Shown: one piece after another, positions 51,404 through 59,811 of the stretch
How the letters are laid out: each line of letters begins with the position of its first letter
Numbering within the stretch: the stretch's first letter is position 1
NCBI GenBank assembly: GCA_035524335.1
Contig: DATKPE010000003.1
Span: 2,902-66,901, forward strand
Source of the DNA: Bacteroidota bacterium
GTDB lineage: Bacteria > Bacteroidota > Ignavibacteria > UBA10030 > SZUA-254
DNA: 64,000 nt
Direction: 5' to 3'
The notes under the pieces: model-generated
Told to the model about the DNA's origin: nothing
Database searches by the model: none
Seen by the model: only the letters and a program-made list of their open reading frames with translations
Made by a program: the position numbers and the translations under genes

Positions 51404-53905
51404 TCATCCCTCCCTGAACACCGACAGTTCCGCCCGGGATCTCGGTCTCATCGCGATCGCGCCCGAAAAACATTTCTGTGCACAGAGCGAACAGCCGACA
51501 CAGAGAGACGGATCGAACTCCGGGACGATGCGCCGGTTCATCGTGATCGCGAGATAGGGACAGCGCGCGCAGTTTCCGCAGTGACAGCAGAGACTCTCCG
51601 TCACGGCCGGGATCGTCCTGGTGGCCGGAAGCATGTCGAAAGGAATGATCGGCTGGGGAAGGGACGAACCGATGAGATCTCCGACCGACGCATATCCACG
51701 GGCATGGAGAAAATGGCTGAGACCGGAGTGCAGTTCATCGACGATCCCGAGGCCGTATTTCATCACGATGGTACAGCACTGCACCGTTTCAGCTCCCAGG
51801 GCGAGGAGCCGTGCCGCTCCTCTGTAATCCATGACCCCGCCGTTTGCTGAAATCGGGACACCGAGCCCCGATGCCTTCGCAACCACGAGGCTGGTTATCG
51901 GGAGAACACCTTCACCGGACATGCCGATGACGACTCCCTCCTCCCGCGCACCGTTCCCCTGCGTGCGGTAGGCCATCGCCGGAAAACTGTTCGCCAGTGT
52001 GATGCCGGCCTTTTTGCCCGGATATTTGCGGAGGACGTCCGCGATTGCCGTCACGATCGGCCCGATCGCCGTCACCGCACCTGTCAGCTTGAAGAGCTTG
52101 GGAATCTCCGGATCGCCCGATTCCATGACCCACCCGACAATCCGGGCTGTCAGCTCCGCATCCTGCGAGACCATGTCACCCTTCGTTCCGTCTCCCCCCT
52201 GAGGGCAGGAGAGGCTGTACTCGACTCCCATCGCACCGGCCCGTTCCAGCTTCGCGGTGTTCGCCTGCCAGACGCGGCGATCGGCTGTCTCACGGCCGCT
52301 CACCGGTCCGCCGGTCGAACCGAGGGTCAGGCGGTCGGGATATTCTCTGACAAGCCGTTCAATTTCACGGCAAACCCTGTCGAGCTGATGTCCCGAAACG
52401 TTGTCGCAGTTTCCGTACGTGGACGGCGCGAGAACGTACATGTATTCGGAGGGAATGTGAATGGGGACCCTGTCGAATGCGGTTTTCATCACTCCGCCCG
52501 CCCAGCCGCGTTCATAGGCGGCGCGCATCTGTGCATACCCGTCGGTATGCGGCGCGGCGGAAAGAAGGAACGGCGACGCAATCGCTTTTCCAAAAAACTT
52601 TGTCGTCAGACCGACCGGAAGCCCGGAAACACCTTCCATGATGACGGGCGCCGGTGCGGAATTGCACGGGCGTTTCTTTGCGGTGCCTCTCAGATACCTG
52701 TCGGCACAATCAGCCGCCTTCTTCCCTGATGCCACCGCTTCAACGACCGTTGAGGATTCTCCTGTGAGATCTCCCGCGTAAAACAGTCCCGGGGTTTTCT
52801 GCCTCGCCGTCCGGGAAACCGCGCCTATCGCGGTAATCACAATATCGAATTCCCGGAAATACGGCGGTTCTGCTTTCCGGGGGTGGAAATTTTCGGGGTG
52901 ATCTGACGCTCCCGGCCGGAGAGTAAGGTGTACAAGCCGGAGTCCGCGGACCTTCCTGCCTGCGCAGACAAGTTCCACCGGACGGGTACTGCCCGTCACT
53001 TCAATGTTCTCTTCGACCAGCATTTCCCGTTCGGCGGCGGTCAGAGGCATATTCAAAGGCCTCCGCCGGTAGATCAGCTCGACATGTGCGGCGCCGCGGC
53101 GCTTTGCGGTCACTGCACAATCGACCGCAACCGCGCCGCCCCCGATCACCGCCACCTTCAGGTTCCTTATTTTTCTCCGGTACTTCGGCGAAAGAAAAGT
53201 CTCCCATCCTATTGCTTTCCCGGCGCCGGGAATGTCCAGTCGAACCGGCTCCTCCTGACCGGATGCGATGATCACCGCTCTGCAGGAACTCCCCAGCATC
53301 CGCTCCGGGTGCCCGATCTTCTGAGCATACATGAATCTGACGCTACCAAGCGACCGGATGAATTCTATATCGGCATCGATGAACCCGCCGGCGAGACGAA
53401 AACCGGGAATGAGACGGGTCATGCCGCCGGCATGGTTCGATGTTTCATGAATTGTCACCGCATAGCCGCGACGGGTAAGAACCGCTGCGGCGGCAAGCCC
53501 TGCCGGACCGGCGCCGATGACCGCGACATTCTCCCCGTTCCCGGGAACAGACCCGACCCTGAGCGGACCAGCATTCCGGGCCCGGGTGATGATGGTCGCC
53601 TGGACCGCGGGAATTGCAACAGGAGTAGTAAAGCCGTTGTAGACACACGCCTTCATGCAGAACTGATCCGGACAGACGATGCCGCAGACAGTTCCCAGGG
53701 GATTCGCACCCAGAATCATCAGGGCCGACCGGCGAAAATCCGCCGCTGTGCCGCCGCGGGCCGCCATGATAAAATCGGCGGGGGAGCAGTGAGCCGGGCA
53801 TGCCTCCCGGCACGGCTTCTCCTCGCAATATTCACACTTCACCAGCTCAGCTTTCAGCTGTGCGTCGGTGAGAATTCCCGGAAGATGCGTCGGTTTTCTT
53901 GTCAC
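51404..53905 (-). CDS. Fused Fe-S flavoenzyme: GltD/PreT-like NAD(P)H-FAD module plus dihydropyrimidine-dehydrogenase/PreA-like TIM barrel plus 2x[4Fe-4S] ferredoxin tail (DPD/YgfK-like reductase)
   Basis: 833 aa. GTG start inside a GTGA overlap with the xdhB stop. The N-terminal Cys cluster is CEYCEEKPCREACPAHC. The two dinucleotide folds are VAVIGAGPAGLAAA and VAVIGGGAVAVDCA. The DPD-type active-site loop is YSLSCPQGGDG. The C-terminal clusters are CCHCGNCARCP and CVGCSLCAQKC. Confidence 0.8.
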   Translation of the reverse strand: MTRKPTHLPGILTDAQLKAELVKCEYCEEKPCREACPAHCSPADFIMAARGGTAADFRRSALMILGANPLGTVCGIVCPDQFCMKACVYNGFTTPVAIPAVQATIITRARNAGPLRVGSVPGNGENVAVIGAGPAGLAAAAVLTRRGYAVTIHETSNHAGGMTRLIPGFRLAGGFIDADIEFIRSLGSVRFMYAQKIGHPERMLGSSCRAVIIASGQEEPVRLDIPGAGKAIGWETFLSPKYRRKIRNLKVAVIGGGAVAVDCAVTAKRRGAAHVELIYRRRPLNMPLTAAEREMLVEENIEVTGSTRPVELVCAGRKVRGLRLVHLTLRPGASDHPENFHPRKAEPPYFREFDIVITAIGAVSRTARQKTPGLFYAGDLTGESSTVVEAVASGKKAADCADRYLRGTAKKRPCNSAPAPVIMEGVSGLPVGLTTKFFGKAIASPFLLSAAPHTDGYAQMRAAYERGWAGGVMKTAFDRVPIHIPSEYMYVLAPSTYGNCDNVSGHQLDRVCREIERLVREYPDRLTLGSTGGPVSGRETADRRVWQANTAKLERAGAMGVEYSLSCPQGGDGTKGDMVSQDAELTARIVGWVMESGDPEIPKLFKLTGAVTAIGPIVTAIADVLRKYPGKKAGITLANSFPAMAYRTQGNGAREEGVVIGMSGEGVLPITSLVVAKASGLGVPISANGGVMDYRGAARLLALGAETVQCCTIVMKYGLGIVDELHSGLSHFLHARGYASVGDLIGSSLPQPIIPFDMLPATRTIPAVTESLCCHCGNCARCPYLAITMNRRIVPEFDPSLCVGCSLCAQKCFSGAIAMRPRSRAELSVFREG

Positions 53906-56241
53906 GGCAGGATCCTTCTCCCGATGATCGATGGTCCCTGAAGATGTTCCACCGCCGCAAGTATCACTTCGTTGGTCGCAGGGAGTGAAAACGGGGGCTC
54001 TTCGGTTCCGTTTCCCGCTGACGCGACGGCATCCTTGATCGCCAGCCAGACGGACAATGCCAGCATGAGCGGCGGCTCGCCGACAGCCTTGCTGTTGAAA
54101 ATCGTCCCGGTGTTCGGCACGCCGGACAGGAGTTCGACATGGAACTCCTTCGGGATGCTCCGGATGGTCGGGATCTTGTACGTATCAGGAGAATGGGTCA
54201 GAAGCTGGCCCCCTGCGTCCCACACGATCTCCTCCGTCGTACACCACCCCACCCCCTGAACAAATCCACCCTGCACCTGGCCCATGTCGATGCCGGGATT
54301 GATCGGATCTCCCGCGTCATGGACGATATCGGTGCGAAGCAGTGTATGACCGCCGGTCAGAAGATCAACCTCCACCTCGCTCACCGCGGCGCCATACGCG
54401 AAGTAATGGAACGGATTCCCTTTTCCCCTGATTTTATCCCATCCGATCGACGGGGTTCTGTAGTATCCGGCCGCACTCAGGCTTATCTGCCGCCGGTACA
54501 GCAGGTCAACCACCTCCGGAAACGCCATCGTACGATCGGGGTGGTCCGCATCGGTCACTGTGTTGAGTTTGAAGCGGAGCGCCGGCGGATGCGACGGAAG
54601 GTCAGGATGCAATTCGGTAAAATACCGCGCCAGTTCCGCCGACATCCGGTCCCTGATCGCCGCAACCGCTTCAGCGACCGCCATTCCGTTCAGATCGGCC
54701 CCGGATGATGCCGCCGTCGCCGAGGTATTCGGTACTTTGGACGTATCGGTCGGTCCGACCGTCACCCGCGCCGGGTCGATGCCGAAACACTCCGCGGCGA
54801 TCTGTCGGATTTTTGTGTGCAGTCCCTGCCCCATCTCCGTTCCGCCGTGGGAGACAAGCACGGTGCCGTCTGCATAGACGTGGACAAGCGCGCCCGCCTG
54901 GTTCAGGAAGGTCGTGGTGAATGAGATGCCGAATTTCACCGGCGTCAGGGCGAGCCCGCGCTTCACAAACCTGTGCGCGGCGTTGAACGCGGCAAGTCCC
55001 TTCCGTCTTTCCCGGTACCGGGAAGAGACCAGAAGGCGATCCACAATAAGCGGAAGCCGGTTGTCGCGGACGGGCTGTTCGTAGGGAGTCAGATGGCGGG
55101 GCGGGGAAGCGTAAAAATTCCGGAGCCGGACGTCAAGAGGATCCTTCCCGAGCGTGCGCGCAATTCTGTCGAGGATCGTTTCAATGACCGCCATACCCTG
55201 GGGCCCGCCGAAACCCCGGAATGCGGTGTTCGAAGGATGGTTGGTTTTCCAGACCCGGGCAGTGATCTCCACGGCGGGAAGAAAGTAGGCGTTGTCGCAG
55301 TGGAGCATGGCGCGCTCCATGATCGCGAAGGAGAGATCGGTTGCCATCCCGGCGTCGCTGTTTAATTCCATCCGAACGGCGAGAAGCGTTCCCTCTTCAT
55401 CGAATCCGGCCGCATACCGGGCAAGAAACGGATGCCGTTTGCCCGTGATGCACATATCATCATCCCGGTTGAGGCGAATTTTGACCGGCGCACCGCAGGC
55501 ATTGCTCAGGAGCGCGCTCCAGCACGCGACATGGTTGGCCTGTGTTTCCTTCCCGCCGAAACCGCCTCCCATCCTGCGAACCTCCACCGTCACGGCCGAC
55601 CGGGATATGCCGAGGACCTCCGCCACAAGCGCCTGCGTCTCGGATGGGTGCTGGGTGGAGCAGTAGAGGTGAAATGTCCTGTTCTCCCCGGGTATGCAGA
55701 GGGAGACCTGCGTCTCGAGGTACCAGTGCTCGGCGGCTCCGGTCCGGAGTTCGCCGCTGATATTCAGCGGAGCGGCATCCAGCGCGGCCGCAACATCACC
55801 GCGGCCCATTGTGCGGGGCGGGCCGAGAAGAGCGTCGTGTGCGACGGCCTCCTCAAAGGACAGAACCGGGGGCTCCGGCACATATTCCGCTGTAATCAGC
55901 CGCTCGGCCTCGCGGCATTGTGCGGACGTTTCGGCGGCGATGAGGAAGACCGCCTGACCGATACACGATACTCTCCCCTCGGCCAGACACGCTTCATCCT
56001 TCACCACCGGTCCCATCTGATTGTGCCCGGGAATATCGGATGCGGAAAGAACCGCATGGACTCCCTCCACCTTCCGCGCCGCGGTAAGATCGTACGACCG
56101 GAGCGTCCCGTTCGCGATGGGACTCGTCACCACCCGGCCGATAAGAGTTCGCTCCGTGAGCGGCAGATCGTCGACGAACCGGGCTTCCCCCGTGACATGC
56201 TGGCGTGAACTTTCGTGCGGCAGTGTCTGTCCGACGGTCAT
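53902..56241 (-). CDS. xdhB: Xanthine dehydrogenase molybdopterin-binding subunit (Rhodobacter XdhB type)
   Basis: 779 aa. HVTGEARFVDD N-terminus, with RRMGGGFGGKETQ, AFRGFGGPQGM and KAVGEPPLML blocks. Confidence 0.9.
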   Translation of the reverse strand: MTVGQTLPHESSRQHVTGEARFVDDLPLTERTLIGRVVTSPIANGTLRSYDLTAARKVEGVHAVLSASDIPGHNQMGPVVKDEACLAEGRVSCIGQAVFLIAAETSAQCREAERLITAEYVPEPPVLSFEEAVAHDALLGPPRTMGRGDVAAALDAAPLNISGELRTGAAEHWYLETQVSLCIPGENRTFHLYCSTQHPSETQALVAEVLGISRSAVTVEVRRMGGGFGGKETQANHVACWSALLSNACGAPVKIRLNRDDDMCITGKRHPFLARYAAGFDEEGTLLAVRMELNSDAGMATDLSFAIMERAMLHCDNAYFLPAVEITARVWKTNHPSNTAFRGFGGPQGMAVIETILDRIARTLGKDPLDVRLRNFYASPPRHLTPYEQPVRDNRLPLIVDRLLVSSRYRERRKGLAAFNAAHRFVKRGLALTPVKFGISFTTTFLNQAGALVHVYADGTVLVSHGGTEMGQGLHTKIRQIAAECFGIDPARVTVGPTDTSKVPNTSATAASSGADLNGMAVAEAVAAIRDRMSAELARYFTELHPDLPSHPPALRFKLNTVTDADHPDRTMAFPEVVDLLYRRQISLSAAGYYRTPSIGWDKIRGKGNPFHYFAYGAAVSEVEVDLLTGGHTLLRTDIVHDAGDPINPGIDMGQVQGGFVQGVGWCTTEEIVWDAGGQLLTHSPDTYKIPTIRSIPKEFHVELLSGVPNTGTIFNSKAVGEPPLMLALSVWLAIKDAVASAGNGTEEPPFSLPATNEVILAAVEHLQGPSIIGRRILP

Positions 56242-57698
56242 GATCGCATCCCTCCCGCCGCGACATGATCACTGTAGAATTTCAGCAGAAGATTGCGCGC
56301 CACCCGCGTCCGGAAGTGCGCCGATCCTCTCACGTCCGTCAACGGCCGGAACTCGTCCGCAAGCATTTCCATCGCTCCGGCGATCAGATCCTCCGAGAGA
56401 ATGTTTCCCTCGAGGACCGATTCGGCGGACCGTGCACGCCGGGGACGGTCATCCATTCCTCCATAGGCAAGGATCACACCCGAAACGTTCCCGCGCTCCG
56501 TCTGGCGGAATCGGACAGCACAACTTACAGCGGCGATATCGACATCGGGCCGGCGGGAAACCTTGTACCAGTACAGATGTTCGTCGGCGCCGGGCAGAGG
56601 CAGGACGACCGCCGTTACCAGTTCGGCGGCTCCGCGCGCCGTCTTCCGGTATCCGACGATGAATTGCTCAACCGGCACCCGACGCCTCCCGCCGCGACCG
56701 GCGAGTTCGACCTCCGCTCCGAGCGCGATGAGAAGCGGCACCGTGTCTCCAACGGGCGAGGCCGTCGACAGATTTCCCCCAAGCGTTGCAAGATTCCGGA
56801 TCTGATGGGAACCAAACGTCTCTGCCAGCGTTCGGAGAACCGGGATGACGTCTCCGGCATTTCGGGCGATCTCGTTGATCGTCATGCCGGCTCCCAGACG
56901 GAGAGAGTTCCCCTCCCTCCGCCACCCGTGAAGTTCCTCCACCGCCGAAAGATCCAGAATTACCGGTAACTGCTCGAATTTCTTGGTGACTCTCAGTGCG
57001 ACATCGGTGGCTCCGTTGATAATCACCGCCTCCGTCGTATCGGCGAGAAACGCAAGCGCCTCGGCGAGTGACGACGGGCGGGCGTATTTCCGGCCGCCGC
57101 TCTCGAGCAGGAGATTCCCGGCGTGGAGAGTCCGCAGGGACTCCAGGCAGGTCCGGTTTTCCTCAGCTTCGCTCACCGGGTCGTACCGCTCGTAGGCCTT
57201 CGCCACGCCGTTCAGGATCGACTGATAGCCGGTGCACCGGCAGAGATTTCCGACCAGAGCATCTTCCACCTCGGTCCTCGACGGGCGCGGATTGTTTTTC
57301 CAGAGATTGTAGAGCGACATCACTATCCCGGGGGTGCAGTATCCGCATTGACTGCCGTGGGAGTGCATGAGGGCGTCCTGCAGGGGATGAAGCTTCCCGC
57401 GCATGCGGGCAAGATATTCCACCGTCAGGAGAAGCCGACCGTGGAGCATCGGAAGAAACAGAAGACAGGAATTTACGGCGCGAAAGCGGATCTCCCGATC
57501 GGGGCCGATATCGGCAAGGACAACGGTACATGCCCCGCAGTCTCCTTCCGCACATCCCTCCTTCGTTCCGCGATACTCCGGGCATGAACGGAGATATTCC
57601 AGCACGGTCGTCGTCACCGTGTATCCTGCATCGTTCGGAAAGTCGATCCTTCGCGTTTCCCCGTTCAGGGAAAATATGACCGATCGTTCCGCGTTCAT
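56238..57698 (-). CDS. xdhA: Xanthine dehydrogenase small subunit (2x[2Fe-2S] plus FAD-binding domains, Rhodobacter XdhA type)
   Basis: 486 aa. Cluster motifs CAEGDCGACTV and CRCTGYQSI, followed by an FAD_binding_5-like domain (ATLGGNLSTASPVGD). SD gaaAGGAGGgag lies immediately upstream of ATG 57698. Confidence 0.9.
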   Translation of the reverse strand: MNAERSVIFSLNGETRRIDFPNDAGYTVTTTVLEYLRSCPEYRGTKEGCAEGDCGACTVVLADIGPDREIRFRAVNSCLLFLPMLHGRLLLTVEYLARMRGKLHPLQDALMHSHGSQCGYCTPGIVMSLYNLWKNNPRPSRTEVEDALVGNLCRCTGYQSILNGVAKAYERYDPVSEAEENRTCLESLRTLHAGNLLLESGGRKYARPSSLAEALAFLADTTEAVIINGATDVALRVTKKFEQLPVILDLSAVEELHGWRREGNSLRLGAGMTINEIARNAGDVIPVLRTLAETFGSHQIRNLATLGGNLSTASPVGDTVPLLIALGAEVELAGRGGRRRVPVEQFIVGYRKTARGAAELVTAVVLPLPGADEHLYWYKVSRRPDVDIAAVSCAVRFRQTERGNVSGVILAYGGMDDRPRRARSAESVLEGNILSEDLIAGAMEMLADEFRPLTDVRGSAHFRTRVARNLLLKFYSDHVAAGGMRS

Positions 57699-57838
57699 CT
57701 CCCTCCTTTCAGATGATGGGAGATGATTTCAGTTCCTTCAAATTTCAGCATGTAATTCGTTCGTACAGCCGGTATTGGTACAAAATTTGTGCCGTATGTC
57801 GAAAAAGAACGATTCTGGAAAGATGATGGCAGGAACGT

Positions 57839-57871
57839 GGATAAATATCTCCATCTTGGGGAGATTTATCC
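57839..57871. promoter_or_regulatory. Imperfect inverted repeat GGATAAATATCTCC-N7-GGAGATTTATCC; half-site GATAAATATC repeated at 57930-57939
   Basis: Read directly from the sequence: 6 + 6 bp of pairing with a 2-nt bulge and a 7-nt loop. The same 10-mer, GATAAATATC, occurs at 57840-57849 and at 57930-57939. Located 140-240 nt upstream of xdhA in the low-GC spacer. Confidence 0.35.
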
Positions 57872-58424
57872 GGTAAGAGAGGTATGATGGTCCATCAAAA
57901 TAAGAAAAGCAGCATGCAATTTCAATATTGATAAATATCCGCCTCAAGTCTTTTCAGAACCGATTCAGGTATCTTTCGATTTGGAAATTCAATATCCCCT
58001 GTTTTTATACCATACGGAATCAAAGGATGGTTATAGCACCGGCACACCGATTCGGTATCTGCTGTTCTTTTTTCTCACGAGCCGATACGTCACGAAATTG
58101 TCCACCGGAAATTGTCCCGAATGGAGGCGGGGCACGGACGATATCCGGCCGCTCCCGGTATTCCGGCGGGTACAGAAACCACTGGGGGGAACATCGACGG
58201 ATTGATTCTGCAATGGTGAAATCACATTCGGTGACGGTCGAGAGGTGTTCCTGAAGATTCGTGTATGCGGTCGTGCGTCTGGAATTTATTTTGAAACGGA
58301 TATGGCCGTGATACGGTAAATTTTGGAATTGCACCGTGTAATAATTAATTTCCTGATATATGACTGAAAATCGCAGTGCGGGTATGATCCGGTACGTCTC
58401 TTCACCGGCCGGAGATATCCGGAT

Positions 58425-59765
58425 ATGAGCGGGCAGACCTCATCCGGCGGCGGCGCGCCCGCGGGCGTCATGATGACGTTCCGCACGCTCCGCTACCGGA
58501 ATTACCGGCTGTTCTTTACCGGTCAGCTGATATCCCTTATCGGCACCTGGATGCAGCAGCTCGCTCTCACCTGGCTGATTTACCGGCTCACCAATTCCGC
58601 CTTTCTCCTCGGCATCGCAGGATTCGCAGGACAGATCCCGATGTTCCTGTTCGGGTCGATTGCGGGCGTGATCGCCGACCGGATCAACAAGCACCGGATC
58701 CTGGTCATCACCCAGACGCTCTCGATGATCCAGGCGATCGTTCTCGCATTCCTCACGCTCAGCGGCAGCATTCAGGTCTGGCACATCCTCCCCCTGATGG
58801 TGTTTCTCGGCATGGTGAATGCGTTCGACATGCCGACACGGCAGTCGTTCGTTCTCGAGATGATCGAAAACAAGGAGGACCTCGGCAATGCGATCGCGCT
58901 CAACTCATCCATGTTCAACGGCGCCCGGCTGATCGGTCCTGCGATTGCGGGAATACTCATCGGCACGATCGGCGAAGGCGGCTGTTTCATTCTCAATGCG
59001 GTCAGCTTCGTCGCGGTCATCATTGCGCTCCTGGCGATGAAGCTGAAGCCCATGAAGCCGGTCGCCCATCACCCGAGCATTCTCCACGGATTGAAGGAAG
59101 GCTTCCGGTATGTGACAACCTTCAAACCGATCACCTACATCCTCTCGCTGATCGCGATCATGAGCCTGATCGGCATTCCTTTCACCACGCTCATGCCGGT
59201 ATTTGCCCGGGACATCCTCCACGGAGGGCCTCATACCCTCGGGTTTCTGATGGGCGCTCACGGTATCGGCGCGCTTCTCGGCGCGGCGACCCTGGCGTCG
59301 CGTAAAAACGTCCGGGGCCTCACCCGGTGGATCGCAGGCGCCGCGTTTACCTTTGCTGCGGGGCTTACCCTCTTTGCCTTTTCCACCAACCAGTGGCTCT
59401 CTCTCTCACTCCTCATCGTGGTCGGTTACGGCATGATGGTGCAGATCGCCTCCTGCAACACCATCATTCAGACGGTGGCGGACGACGATAAACGCGGGAG
59501 GGTGATGAGCTTCTACACTGTGGCATTCACGGGGATGAGCCCGTTCGGCAGTCTGCTGATCGGAGCGCTCGCGAGCCGGATCGGAGCGCCGTGGTCTCTC
59601 GCGATCAGCGGAATCCTCTGCGTCGGTGCGGCGGTATTTTTCGTGGTCAAACTGCCGGTCATCCGGAAAGAAATCCACCCCGTCTACCGGAAGATCGGCA
59701 TCATCCAGGATTCCCCCGCCGAGGATATCCCCGCCGCGCCGGTGCCTGTTCCGGAGGATCAATGA
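58425..59765 (+). CDS. MFS transporter (EntS/MFS_3-like, 12 TM)
   Basis: 446 aa. The N-terminus is FRTLRYRNYRLFFTGQLISLIGTWMQQLALTWLIY...GSIAGVIADRINKHRIL, typical of this MFS subfamily. Confidence 0.8.
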   Translation: MSGQTSSGGGAPAGVMMTFRTLRYRNYRLFFTGQLISLIGTWMQQLALTWLIYRLTNSAFLLGIAGFAGQIPMFLFGSIAGVIADRINKHRILVITQTLSMIQAIVLAFLTLSGSIQVWHILPLMVFLGMVNAFDMPTRQSFVLEMIENKEDLGNAIALNSSMFNGARLIGPAIAGILIGTIGEGGCFILNAVSFVAVIIALLAMKLKPMKPVAHHPSILHGLKEGFRYVTTFKPITYILSLIAIMSLIGIPFTTLMPVFARDILHGGPHTLGFLMGAHGIGALLGAATLASRKNVRGLTRWIAGAAFTFAAGLTLFAFSTNQWLSLSLLIVVGYGMMVQIASCNTIIQTVADDDKRGRVMSFYTVAFTGMSPFGSLLIGALASRIGAPWSLAISGILCVGAAVFFVVKLPVIRKEIHPVYRKIGIIQDSPAEDIPAAPVPVPEDQ

Positions 59766-59811
59766 TCCGCCCGTTCCTGTTGCAGAGAAGTTCACTCCCG
59801 CGCGACCGGAG

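Noticed and set aside
39402-57698. In-frame TGA (selenocysteine) or frameshift within the purine-cluster genes, given the selenium association of related clusters
   Set aside because: All thirteen ORFs are uninterrupted and full length relative to their families. No split ORF pair or SECIS-like context is needed to explain the gene models.
57699-58000. Possible purine/xanthine riboswitch in the xdhA leader
   Set aside because: I could not find the conserved three-way-junction loop sequences of the guanine/adenine class. I cannot reliably recall the NMT1 consensus. Without a covariance-model scan the call is unsupported, so it is listed only as a check under the spacer finding.
57738-58334. 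Calling the 104-aa and 69-aa minus-strand ORFs in the low-GC spacer as genes or a pseudogene feature
   Set aside because: There is no recognisable family, no SD and a GTG-only start, and the two ORFs are in different frames. The evidence is insufficient for a feature, so the observation is retained only as a finding.
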